A program made the position numbers and the translations under genes. From assembly GCA_020854775.1 (NCBI GenBank), contig JAHKLZ010000005.1, positions 119,736-183,735 of the forward strand: a stretch of 64,000 nt of DNA. The letters run 5' to 3'. The stretch's first letter is position 1, and every line of letters starts with the position of its first letter. This DNA is from Candidatus Woesearchaeota archaeon. Its GTDB lineage: Archaea; Nanobdellota; Nanobdellia; Woesearchaeales; 21-14-0-10-32-9. The notes under the pieces were generated by a model that ran no database searches, was not told the origin of the DNA, and saw only the letters and a program-made list of their open reading frames with translations. Below are positions 27,266-36,808 of the stretch, piece by piece.

Positions 27266-29731
27266 TTAGAATGTTATTGATAACTTAGTATCTTCTTTGA
27301 AATTCATTTGTTTGATTTTTCCAACAATTTTTATATCTTCAACCACTAACATTATTAATTCTTTTTGTTCTTTGGTGCTTAATATAGTTATTTGTTCTAT
27401 TTCTGCTTTCAAAGACAATTTATTTAATGATTTGTGTCTTCTTATTTCTCCTATTATTGTTATTGCTAAATCCCCTATTTTTTCTGCTTCTTCATTTATT
27501 AATTCTTTATTAATTTCGGGCCAATTTGATATGTGAATGCTTTCTGTTTTTTCTTGTTCTTTGAAATAATTTTGATATATCTCTTCAGTTATAAAAGGCA
27601 TTATAGGTGCGAATAATTTTATTTGTTGTAATAATGCATAATAAAGAGTTGCTTGCGCAGTTGTTTTTGATTCTAAGTCTGAATCATTTTGATAAGTTCT
27701 GTGTTTTACGAATTCTAAGTAATTATCGCAGAATGATTGCCAGAAAAACACATCTGTTTCGTGTTTTGATTTTGAGTATTCATATTTGTCAAATGCTTCT
27801 GTTGATGTTTTTATGGTTTTCATCAGTTTTGATAACAACCATTTATCCATTATTTTTAATTTGAACTCACTTATTGGTTTTTTATAGTCTTTGAAGTTTT
27901 CTAAATTCATAAATACGAATTTTGATGCGTTCCATAGCTTAGTAACTGTTTTTTTTCCTGTTACTACGTCTTTTTCTTGATATGGTAAATCTTCACCTAA
28001 TTTTACTGTTGCTGCCCAATATCTTAAAGAATCAGCGCCATACTTAGCGATTATGTCTTGAGCAACTATGAAGTTTCCTTTACTTTTGCTCATTTTTTGA
28101 CCATTAGGGTCTTGGCCGTGTCCACTCATCATTATGTCTTTCCAAGGCACATCATTATGATGATAATATGCTTTTACTAACGTGTAGAACGCCCAAGTTC
28201 TTATTATGTCATGTGCTTGTGGTCTTAGACTCATTGGTAAAAAATTTTTTCTTTCTTCTTTTGTCCCCCACCCACTGTTTATTTCTGGAGTTACTGAGGA
28301 CGTCATCCACGTATCCATAACATCCATTTCAGGTATTATATCTTCTTCTGTGTGTCCTTCAGGTAATTTTTTTGGTTTGCTAGTTGTTGGATCTATAGGT
28401 AGTTGATCTTCTTCCGCCAATATTATTTCTCCTGTTTTTTTTGAGTACCACACAGGGAATGGAACTCCGAAATATCTTTGTCTTGATATGCACCAGTCCC
28501 AGCCTAGGTTTTCTACCCAGTGTTCATATCTTACACGCATGTGTTGAGGGTGCCAGTTAACTTTTTTTCCTTGTTGTATTAGTTCTTGTTTTGCATCTAG
28601 AACTCTTATGTACCATTGCGAGGTTTTTATGTATTCTATTTCTGTTCCGCTTCGTTCTGATACATTAACTGAGTGAATTATTTCTTTTTGTTTTATTAGT
28701 AAGTTTTCTTTTTTTAGATCTTCTATGATTTGTTTTCTTGCGTCTTTAATTTTTAGTCCTTGATATTTTTTTGCTTGTTCGTTCATTTTTCCATCTTTAG
28801 TTATTACTATTTTTAATGGCAAATTATGTTTTTGCCACCATTCTATGTCTGTTTTGTCTCCGAACGTGCAACACATTACTAGTCCTGACCCTTTTTCTGG
28901 ATCTGCTTTTTCATCTGGCAGTATTGGAACTTCAAAATCAAATAAAGGCACTTTTGCGAATTTTCCTTTTAATTCCTTGTATCTTTCATCCGATGGATTG
29001 TAAAATATTGCTACGCAAGCAGGTAATAATTCTGGTCTTGTTGTTGCTATTATTATGTCTTTTCCATATACTTTGAATATTATGTCATTGAAATGAGAAG
29101 TCATTTCCACGTCTTCAAGGTCTGCTTGTGCTAATGTTGTTTGCATCGATGTATCCCACATTACAGGAGCATCTTTTCTGTATAGTTTGTTTTTTTTGTA
29201 CAAGTCTAGAAATGATTTTTGCGATACTTTTCTTGCTTTTTCTCCTATTGTTTGATATAGTAATGTCCAATCTATTGAGAATCCTAATGAGTTAAATAAA
29301 TCATTATATGTTTTTCCACATAGTTTAGTTTCTTCTAAACACAGTTTTACGAAGTCAGTTCTTGTTGTTTTTGACTTGTTTATTTTGTGTTTTTTTTCTA
29401 CGAATCGTTCAGTAGGTAATCCGTTGTCATCGAAACCCATTGGAAAAAATACATTGAATCCTTTCATTCTTTTGTATCTTGCTACGAATTCGAATTGAGA
29501 ATAATGCATGGCGTGTCCTACGTGTAAGTGATCAGCACTAGCGTATGGTGGCGGAGTATCTATTGAGAATGTTTGTTTTGCTTGATTTTCTTCGTATTTA
29601 TATAATTTTTTTTCTTGCCAATAAGTCATCCATTTATTTTCTGATTCTGCGAAGTCATAATTTTGTGGTTTTTCCAATTTTTTGTTCCCCAACTTTTTTA
29701 TAAAAGAGCCGAGGGAGATAAGGAAAATCAA
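27266..29731 (-). CDS. valS: class I aminoacyl-tRNA synthetase, most likely valyl-tRNA synthetase
   Basis: TPPPYASADHLHVGHA (HIGH), KMSKSKGN (KMSKS), editing-domain WDWCISRQRYFGVPFPVWY, MDTWMTSS. The N-terminus NYDFAESENKWMTYWQEK matches the ValRS start region. Exact start uncertain. Confidence 0.7.
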   Translation of the reverse strand: MIFLISLGSFIKKLGNKKLEKPQNYDFAESENKWMTYWQEKKLYKYEENQAKQTFSIDTPPPYASADHLHVGHAMHYSQFEFVARYKRMKGFNVFFPMGFDDNGLPTERFVEKKHKINKSKTTRTDFVKLCLEETKLCGKTYNDLFNSLGFSIDWTLLYQTIGEKARKVSQKSFLDLYKKNKLYRKDAPVMWDTSMQTTLAQADLEDVEMTSHFNDIIFKVYGKDIIIATTRPELLPACVAIFYNPSDERYKELKGKFAKVPLFDFEVPILPDEKADPEKGSGLVMCCTFGDKTDIEWWQKHNLPLKIVITKDGKMNEQAKKYQGLKIKDARKQIIEDLKKENLLIKQKEIIHSVNVSERSGTEIEYIKTSQWYIRVLDAKQELIQQGKKVNWHPQHMRVRYEHWVENLGWDWCISRQRYFGVPFPVWYSKKTGEIILAEEDQLPIDPTTSKPKKLPEGHTEEDIIPEMDVMDTWMTSSVTPEINSGWGTKEERKNFLPMSLRPQAHDIIRTWAFYTLVKAYYHHNDVPWKDIMMSGHGQDPNGQKMSKSKGNFIVAQDIIAKYGADSLRYWAATVKLGEDLPYQEKDVVTGKKTVTKLWNASKFVFMNLENFKDYKKPISEFKLKIMDKWLLSKLMKTIKTSTEAFDKYEYSKSKHETDVFFWQSFCDNYLEFVKHRTYQNDSDLESKTTAQATLYYALLQQIKLFAPIMPFITEEIYQNYFKEQEKTESIHISNWPEINKELINEEAEKIGDLAITIIGEIRRHKSLNKLSLKAEIEQITILSTKEQKELIMLVVEDIKIVGKIKQMNFKEDTKLSITF

Positions 29732-29755
29732 AGATTTCCAAACCTCCCACGCTTA

Positions 29756-29883
29756 AGCGGAGGGAGGGATTTGAACCCCCGAATAACCGCTGTCTGTTTT
29801 TTTTTCATTGCTTGTTAGCTCTTCACAGCAGTTGTTTTCCTGCTTCTGCAGGCGGTCGCCTTAGGCCGCTTGGCTACCTCCGC
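29756..29883 (-). tRNA. tRNA-Cys(GCA) with a ~53-nt canonical-position intron
   Basis: Minus strand: GCGGAGG-TA-GCC-AAGCGGCCTAA-GGC-G-ACCGC-CTGCAG|intron|A-GCGGT-TATTC-GGGGG-TTCAAAT-CCCTC-CCTCCGC-T. Lengths sum to ~128 nt. Anticodon register is inferred. Confidence 0.5.
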
Positions 29884-29925
29884 TTAGTTCATTCGGGGTT
29901 AGTATTTCTTTATATAATTTTGTTT

Positions 29926-30375
29926 TTAAACATAGTTTTTTTGTGTTATTAATTTTGTATTTAATTCTTTTTTTGTTGGTATTTCTGTGAATGGTTTTAT
30001 TCCGTAGTGTTTGAATGTTATTTTTTCGTAGCTTCTCAGAATGTCTATGAAGCTCCCCATAGGTACTACGTATGAGAATATTTCTTTTGGTATCCAATCA
30101 TATAATGATGCGTAGTCTTTTGTTCTTTTTAAGTACATTGTTACGAAAGGCAATTTTATTATTCCTTTTATTAGTGCTATTGCTAGCCCCGTTGTCTTTA
30201 TTGTTTCTGAATCCGATATTTTTGCTATTTCTGATATTGGTCCTAAGAACATATCTATGTTATCTACAGTTCTTGAGTATTTTAATAATAATATATCATA
30301 ATTAGTTATTTTTCTTATTTGGTTTGTTGGTTCTTTTTTTATTTCTTGTTGTTTTATTTTTTGTTCTAAATTCAT
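29926..30375 (-). CDS. hypothetical protein (149 aa)
   Basis: ORF with minus-type codon usage. No motif recognised. Confidence 0.4.
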   Translation of the reverse strand: MNLEQKIKQQEIKKEPTNQIRKITNYDILLLKYSRTVDNIDMFLGPISEIAKISDSETIKTTGLAIALIKGIIKLPFVTMYLKRTKDYASLYDWIPKEIFSYVVPMGSFIDILRSYEKITFKHYGIKPFTEIPTKKELNTKLITQKNYV

Positions 30376-30489
30376 TGATTTAATTAAATTATTTATTTAT
30401 AAATAGTCTTTCAGTATTTTTTCGAAATTCTTTCGAATATTTACTTGTATTAAACCACATAATACATATTAATATTGAACTCAGAATGT

Positions 30490-32478
30490 TTATTCTAACG
30501 GGATGTCTGTCCATGGTTTCCATTCATTACTTGGTGAGTATGCTCCCGCTATGAAGAAGCCTGGTGCGTTGTATCCGAAGTGCGCATTTCTTGTTTGTGT
30601 AAATCTTTGTTTTGCTCCTAATCCGTATGTTGGTGCGTTAGTAAATGCTAAAGTATCTAAGTACGCTGAATTAGCGTTAAAGCTTCCTACTTCTAGTATT
30701 ATGTCTTTCATTCCTCGCTCTTCCATTTTTTTTAGGAATTCTTTCATAGGTATATTTCCTTGTCCTGGTGTTAAGTGTTCATCGTCATAACCAAAGTTAT
30801 CACTTAAATGTATGTGTCCTACTATTCCGTCTTTTACGAGTTTTTCTGATTGGTCAATCATCCATTTGTTAAATTCTTCTTGCGAGCCTTGAAATTTATC
30901 TCTTAAAGTGTTTAAGTGACCTACGTCTAGTGTTGCTTTTATGTGTGTTTTTGCTAATTCTTCAGCTTCTTTTTTTGAATATTTTTTATCCATTAATTTT
31001 TGTGCCATTGCTTTTCTTGATTCTTCAACTATTCTTCTCATCTCGTCAGGATGACTCCCATAGAATCCTGAATCCCAGTTTTCTGGAGCTACAAATAAAG
31101 GTTCTGATAATTCATATTTGTCTTTGTTTTTATTGTAGACTTCCATAGCTCTTATTCCTGCTGACGATATTGTATCTGCTGTTTTAGTCAGGCCGTATTC
31201 TTTTGCTGATTGAATATTATTTATTAGTTCTTGTGCTTGTCTTGCTTGAACATCTGCTGAAGCTGATGATTCGTGAATATGTCTCATTCTATCTTCGTTA
31301 TCTTTTATTCTTCTTTCATAGTATGATTCGGCTGATTCATCAGATCTCATACCAAAATATCCTTGTTTATGCTTTTCTACGAAATGACTTTCTATTTTCC
31401 ATTGATCTTCTTCTGGTACTTGTTGTTTTAATTTTTTATATAATTCATATTCTTCTAGTAATTGGTCTCTTTCATACTTCGCGCTTTCATATCCTTGTGC
31501 GTGAAATAATGATGCTCCTTTTGCTTGTAATACTTTATTTTCTGTATCTACTATCGCGAACATTTCTTCTGGTGATCTTCTTGGTTGATCAGGATTTTCC
31601 GCGTTCCACCTATTTGTTTCTTCTACTAATTTGTTCCATGTTACTGGTTCTACTTCGAAATTTGTTTTTTCTTTGTTAAATTTTGGAACTCTATTAAACA
31701 ATAATTCTGGTGATGCGTCTTTCGGTATTAAATTACCTCTTACATCTACCCAATCATCTTTTTTCAAAACATTTCCAAAAGCATCTTTTTGTCCTACGCG
31801 TCCCGTGCTTCCTGCTGTTTCATATACCGGTCTAAATACTTCTCTATTTTTACTTATTACTGATACTGGTTCCCCTGTTCTTTTATCTACTGCGAATAGT
31901 ACTGCTTCTTCATTTTCTTCTGTGTAACTTTTGAATTTTGCTCCTGCCGAATCATTTATTTCAGTCATAGGTCTTTGCCATTCATGCATGTGAAATACTA
32001 TCGCTCCTCCACGAGTTGCTTCTCCTGCGAATTGTATTGCTTTGTTTATTTCTTTTAATGCATGAGCTCTTGACGCGTTATCAAATCCTTTGTTTGTAAA
32101 TCCTGCTAAACTATTTGTGTGTACTGCTGCATGCGTACTTGTTTTTATATCATTTATTTTTAATAATTCTCGCACGTCTCTTCTTTCATCTGAACCTATG
32201 GATTCTGGTGTTGGGTTTTGAGCACTTCCTTTTCCTTGCCCCATAAATCCGAACTCTATACGTCCTATTCCTTGTTTTATTTGTGCTTTGAATGATTCTA
32301 AAGTATTTTGCATAGGATTCGTTGTTAGTCCTATGTCTTTTGGCGTAAAATTTAGTGCTTCATCAGGCGTTATGGGATTACCTTCTTCATCTAATTGTGT
32401 TGGTTGATTTGATGTGAAGAACTCAGTGTTATCTATGTGATCCATAGCTGAGTAGTATCCTTTATTTGAAAATTGCAT
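30490..32478 (-). CDS. xylose-isomerase-like TIM-barrel (sugar phosphate isomerase/epimerase / AP-endonuclease-2 fold) protein split by a ~350-aa charged helical insertion
   Basis: N-terminal part IGRIEFGFMG...AIVFHMHEW. C-terminal part DVGHLNTL...VGHIHLSDNFGYDDEHLTPGQGNIPMKEF...ILEVGSFN, which is the HxH-D metal motif of this fold. The middle ~350 aa are E/K/Q-rich. Confidence 0.55.
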   Translation of the reverse strand: MQFSNKGYYSAMDHIDNTEFFTSNQPTQLDEEGNPITPDEALNFTPKDIGLTTNPMQNTLESFKAQIKQGIGRIEFGFMGQGKGSAQNPTPESIGSDERRDVRELLKINDIKTSTHAAVHTNSLAGFTNKGFDNASRAHALKEINKAIQFAGEATRGGAIVFHMHEWQRPMTEINDSAGAKFKSYTEENEEAVLFAVDKRTGEPVSVISKNREVFRPVYETAGSTGRVGQKDAFGNVLKKDDWVDVRGNLIPKDASPELLFNRVPKFNKEKTNFEVEPVTWNKLVEETNRWNAENPDQPRRSPEEMFAIVDTENKVLQAKGASLFHAQGYESAKYERDQLLEEYELYKKLKQQVPEEDQWKIESHFVEKHKQGYFGMRSDESAESYYERRIKDNEDRMRHIHESSASADVQARQAQELINNIQSAKEYGLTKTADTISSAGIRAMEVYNKNKDKYELSEPLFVAPENWDSGFYGSHPDEMRRIVEESRKAMAQKLMDKKYSKKEAEELAKTHIKATLDVGHLNTLRDKFQGSQEEFNKWMIDQSEKLVKDGIVGHIHLSDNFGYDDEHLTPGQGNIPMKEFLKKMEERGMKDIILEVGSFNANSAYLDTLAFTNAPTYGLGAKQRFTQTRNAHFGYNAPGFFIAGAYSPSNEWKPWTDIPLE

Positions 32479-32539
32479 AAATATACTTAAAAGAAAGTAG
32501 TATTTAAATGTTTATTTTTTAAAAAAAATAAAAAAATGG

Positions 32540-34609
32540 TTAGTATCTTGGTATTGTTCCTGTTCTTGTAGCAGTCAGTGTTATGTTCTTTGTGCTTTCT
32601 AGTGTTTCTAAATTATTTATTCTTAACAAGTTAGGACTTTTTGTGTATAACTCATTTTCTATGTATAATGATCTTTCAACTCCTTGTCCATAGTTGTATT
32701 GTGTTCCTTGTTCATGAATTATTAATCCTCTTGGTGTTATTTCTTGTTTGTTTATTTTGAATACTAATGCTCCCGCATAATTATTTTCAGGATTTCTCCA
32801 ATCATAGTTTTGTGTTGGTATTACTAGTAAATCTTTTTCTTTTGAGAATAAGAACGCTTTGTGTTCCCATTCTGCTCCTGAACTAGATGTTGTGTCTTCA
32901 CTCACATATGTTACTATTTCTGTTGGATTTGATATGTCGCTTACGTCAAACAAGCTTATTTTTAGTCCTTGTATTCTTCCTGTTTCTGTTCCTTCTCTTC
33001 CTAGTCCTATGATTGTGTTTTCATCGTATGGATGTAAGTATCTTGAATACCCTGTTATTTTTAGTTCTCCTAAGTCCTTTGGATTTTCAGGGTCTTCTAA
33101 GTCTATTACGAAGAAAGGATCTATTTGTTCAAAGGTTACCAAATATAATCTGTTTCCTGCGTATCTCGCGCTGAATATGCTTTCTGTTGGTGCTAGTCCT
33201 TCTAGTTTTCCTATTATTTCCATTTTTTCATTTAATGTGTAAACATTGTTTGTTGAAGGAGATCTTTTTTGCCAATTAAATAAATCATATTCATCAGTTA
33301 CTGTCATTCCTTGTCTTAGCGTGGTTGTCACTCTTAGTATTCCTTTGTGTTCGTCTAAAGCAAATTGTCCGTATACGTTTCCTGGAACTTTGTTTCCTGC
33401 TTCAAAATTTAATTTTCCTTTATCCACGCTTATTTTGTGTATAACTGTGTATTCTAAATATTTTAGTTTTTTTAGTTCTTCTTTTACTTCCAGTTCTATT
33501 TGTTCTTGTAATTCATCTCGTTCTTTTATATCTAAGAATTCTACGTATCTTTGTATTACTTCCATTATTTTTGATTGTTTTTCGTATTTGTTCATTAAAT
33601 CATTATCTACTTCTTTTATTCTTTGTATGTAATCTTTGTCTTGTTTTGATAATTTAGGAATTATTTTGTTCATCATTATTTCTTGTTGTAGTTCATATTG
33701 GTTTATGTTTTCTTGGTACGTTAAGTATATATTTTCATAAGACATATACATATGATTATTTCCTTCTAGAGTCATTATTTTTGAATCTATTTTTTCTTGG
33801 TTTTTCATATTTATTGAGTGTATGCTTACAAATGCTGCTGAACTATAATCTGTGTTGTAAAAATAGATATCAGTTATAGGTGTTGTTCTTGTTACACCGT
33901 CTGTTATTATTATAGGCATAGGACTTGGTCTATTGTAAGGGTTAAAATTCGTCGATAAATATATTATTCCTTCAAATAGTCTCGCATTAAAGTACGATCC
34001 ATCAAATTTGTATTCTTTTATTAGTTCAGGATTTTTTTTATCACTAACATCATACATATTTAGAAATGTTAGTCCTGTGTATGTTGATAATCCTATTTCT
34101 TTTAGTTCATCTATGTTTCTTATTGTTCCTGTTACTGCTAATATGTTTTCTTCTATGAATAGTCCTGTTATTTGATTTTTTAGATTTATTGTGCTTATTA
34201 TTTCTGCCTCTTCTGCAGGGTAAGCTTTGATTATGAATAAGTCTTGGTTTGTTGATGTGTATATGTAGTTTCCGTCGGTTTTTATTATGTCTAATTCATC
34301 TACTCCTTGTACTTGAACATTAGTTTCTGAATAATCTAATGATATTGTTTTTGTTGCGAGTGTTGATTCTGGAACTGCGCCATCAGCGACCATGTCAAAA
34401 GCCATCATTGTTGAGCCTCTTAACGCACCTCCATAATAGCCGTAATTATTTTTATTTTCGTTTAGAAATTCTTTGAATTCTTGTTCTGATTTAAAATTAT
34501 TTATTGTTACATCTTTTGATGTTTCATAAATTCGTTGTGTTTCTACGCAACCTATTAATGTAATAGACATTATTGTTAAAATAAGTATTATTGCTTTGTT
34601 TTTTATCAT
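32540..34609 (-). CDS. secreted lipoprotein with C-terminal beta-propeller domain (COG4880-like)
   Basis: Signal plus lipobox-like LIGC at the N-terminus. Repeated beta-strand-rich segments (NYIYTSTNQDLFIIKAY..., GNRLYLVTFEQIDPFFVIDL...). Family call from memory. Confidence 0.45.
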   Translation of the reverse strand: MIKNKAIILILTIMSITLIGCVETQRIYETSKDVTINNFKSEQEFKEFLNENKNNYGYYGGALRGSTMMAFDMVADGAVPESTLATKTISLDYSETNVQVQGVDELDIIKTDGNYIYTSTNQDLFIIKAYPAEEAEIISTINLKNQITGLFIEENILAVTGTIRNIDELKEIGLSTYTGLTFLNMYDVSDKKNPELIKEYKFDGSYFNARLFEGIIYLSTNFNPYNRPSPMPIIITDGVTRTTPITDIYFYNTDYSSAAFVSIHSINMKNQEKIDSKIMTLEGNNHMYMSYENIYLTYQENINQYELQQEIMMNKIIPKLSKQDKDYIQRIKEVDNDLMNKYEKQSKIMEVIQRYVEFLDIKERDELQEQIELEVKEELKKLKYLEYTVIHKISVDKGKLNFEAGNKVPGNVYGQFALDEHKGILRVTTTLRQGMTVTDEYDLFNWQKRSPSTNNVYTLNEKMEIIGKLEGLAPTESIFSARYAGNRLYLVTFEQIDPFFVIDLEDPENPKDLGELKITGYSRYLHPYDENTIIGLGREGTETGRIQGLKISLFDVSDISNPTEIVTYVSEDTTSSSGAEWEHKAFLFSKEKDLLVIPTQNYDWRNPENNYAGALVFKINKQEITPRGLIIHEQGTQYNYGQGVERSLYIENELYTKSPNLLRINNLETLESTKNITLTATRTGTIPRY

Positions 34610-34735
34610 TTTTTTTACCTCTTAATATTGTTGTTTAACAACTTCATTATTTTATTAAATTAACTTTTTTATTTTTTAGATAAGTTAATTGTATATATAT
34701 AGGTTGCTTAGAGTTCTATTTTGTTAGAAGTCTTA

Positions 34736-35290
34736 TTATTTTAAGAATAAGTGCGTTGTTGAGTTTATACATCCGACATTGATTAATTGGTTTCCTTCAA
34801 AGAATAAGTGCGTGATTGAAGCGTTTGATATTATGAAGTTTGGTGCTTTGTGTGGTTTTAGGCTTAGTGCACAGCACACTAAGTATCTTATAACGTTTCC
34901 GTGTGCTACTATTAGTACTTTTGAGTCTCTGTGTTTTCTGAGTATTTCTTCGAATACTGTTTTTGTTTTTAGTGCTTGTTCTATGTTTTCATTAAATTTT
35001 TCTAGTTGTTTTGTTTCTTTTTCTGGTTGTTCTTCGAATACTATTTTGTTGAATTCGTTTAGGTTTTCTTGTTGTTTTATTTCTTGATTTGTTATTATTT
35101 GTGCTGTTTCTATTGCTCTAGTCATTTTGCTAGTGTATATTTTTGAGAATGTTAGTCCTTGTAGGAACATAGCTGTTTTTTTGGCTTGTTCTTTTCCTGA
35201 TTCTGTTAGTCCAAGACCTGGCGTTCTTGGTTGTTCTGGATTAATAGTTTCGCTTGAGGCGTGTCTTATTAATATTATGGAAGTTACCAT
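34736..35290 (-). CDS. histidine phosphatase family protein (phosphoglycerate-mutase-like)
   Basis: ILIRHASSE (RHG-type catalytic His motif) and LIVAHGNVIRYL (second His motif). Confidence 0.7.
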   Translation of the reverse strand: MVTSIILIRHASSETINPEQPRTPGLGLTESGKEQAKKTAMFLQGLTFSKIYTSKMTRAIETAQIITNQEIKQQENLNEFNKIVFEEQPEKETKQLEKFNENIEQALKTKTVFEEILRKHRDSKVLIVAHGNVIRYLVCCALSLKPHKAPNFIISNASITHLFFEGNQLINVGCINSTTHLFLK

Positions 35291-35356
35291 TTGAAAGCAC
35301 TCTTTAATAGTAACTTTTGTTTTGAGATATTAAAAAGTTTTCTATAATTCTTATTT

Positions 35357-35986
35357 TTATTGTTTTTTTGTTGCTATTATGAAGAATCCGTCTTTTATTA
35401 GTTGTTTATTATTTTTTAGAATAAGTGTTGTTATATATCCTTTTTTTTCTAGTATTTCTTGTATTTCTGAGGGGTGATAATCTCTGGTTGGCCAGTTATC
35501 TGTTTCTAATTTTTTTTGTAGTAACCTTATTGGGTTTTCTAATTTTTTTTGTCTTAGGAGTGTTGATATTATTATGTGTTTTTTTGATACTCTTGTTAGT
35601 TCATTTATTATTTTTTCTGGTTCATAAACGCATTGTAAGACTCCTATGCAAGTTATTAAATCAAATTCTTGATCTTTAAATGGTAATTTGTATGCGTTTC
35701 CCACAATAAATTTTATGTCAGGGTGTTTTTTTTGTGCTTGTTTTATTACGTTTTCTGCATAATCTATTCCAGTTATTTCATATCCTTTTCTATGAAATTC
35801 TGCGCAGTATTCTCCAGGTCCGCATCCTACATCTAGTACTGTTTTTATGTTTTTTAGTTTTTTTACTATTTTGAATGTTATTTTGAATAATTCTTGGAAT
35901 CCTTCTTCTGTCCAACAAGACATTGTGTGTATAGGTATTTCTTTAGTTGCGTTTTCTTGGTATATTTTTTTCCAGGCTTCATCCAT
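35357..35986 (-). CDS. class I SAM-dependent methyltransferase
   Basis: VLDVGCGPGEYCAEF (motif I), FDLITCIGVLQ (motif II/III). Confidence 0.8.
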   Translation of the reverse strand: MDEAWKKIYQENATKEIPIHTMSCWTEEGFQELFKITFKIVKKLKNIKTVLDVGCGPGEYCAEFHRKGYEITGIDYAENVIKQAQKKHPDIKFIVGNAYKLPFKDQEFDLITCIGVLQCVYEPEKIINELTRVSKKHIIISTLLRQKKLENPIRLLQKKLETDNWPTRDYHPSEIQEILEKKGYITTLILKNNKQLIKDGFFIIATKKQ

Positions 35987-36053
35987 TTAGTTTTGGTTTA
36001 TTTTTTTATTTAAAAAACTATGTTTATAAGAAAATAAAAAAGAATTAGTTTGT

Positions 36054-36653
36054 TTATCTGCTAGAATCTGCTTGTCTTTCTAGTTCTAATTTCTTGGATA
36101 TTGCGACACTGTTTTGTGATGCGTTATATGCATTTATTATTTCGTCTGCTAGTGCGTCTTCCATTGATCTTTTTTTATTGAAGCTTTTTTGTCTTGCTCC
36201 TTGCGCCATTAATCTTAGAACCATGTCTATTCGTCTTTGTGGTGCACATTCTACTGCTTTTGGATATCTCGCTCCACCATATTCTATTGTTACTATTTCT
36301 TCTCTTGGAGCTGCATTCTCTATTGCTTTTGCCAGTACACCTATTGGATTTTTTTTGGTTTTTTTCTCTATTAATTCTAGTGTGTCTTGAACTAAATCGT
36401 ATGCTTTATGTGCTTTTCCTGTGTTATGTCCTGAGCTTATAAAGTGTTTTTTAGATTTGTGACCTGTTATCATTATTTTGTTAATTAGTCTTTCTACTAT
36501 GAATACTTTGGATTTGTGGAATTTGTTTCCTGCGTATCTCGCCCCTGTTTTTGGCACTATAACTGGTTTTAGTGTTAAGTATGGCGCTATTCCGGGGTCA
36601 GTTACAGTTATTCCTTCTACATCCCATTTGTTGAATGCTAGTACTTTTGTCAT
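36054..36653 (-). CDS. rps7: 30S ribosomal protein S7 (uS7)
   Basis: Full-length similarity to archaeal uS7: VERLINKIMITG...NTGKAHKAYDLV...IEYGGARYPKAVECAPQRR... Confidence 0.95.
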   Translation of the reverse strand: MTKVLAFNKWDVEGITVTDPGIAPYLTLKPVIVPKTGARYAGNKFHKSKVFIVERLINKIMITGHKSKKHFISSGHNTGKAHKAYDLVQDTLELIEKKTKKNPIGVLAKAIENAAPREEIVTIEYGGARYPKAVECAPQRRIDMVLRLMAQGARQKSFNKKRSMEDALADEIINAYNASQNSVAISKKLELERQADSSR

Positions 36654-36808
36654 AGTGTCTAAGAAATAATGGTTAGTTTATAAACGTTATGCTTTTATAA
36701 CTATCATTTTTTGTTGTTTTTTGTTAATATTTTTTAGTTTTTTAGTAAATAATATAAATGCGTGTTCATTACGTAGTAGTTAAAATAAGTTTCGAGGTTT
36801 GTTTTTAT

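Noticed and set aside
29861-30097. 78-aa ORF overlapping the tRNA-Cys gene and the 5' end of the 149-aa hypothetical
   Set aside because: It overlaps a well-formed tRNA and has no independent support. The basic, low-complexity product is typical of an antisense frame.
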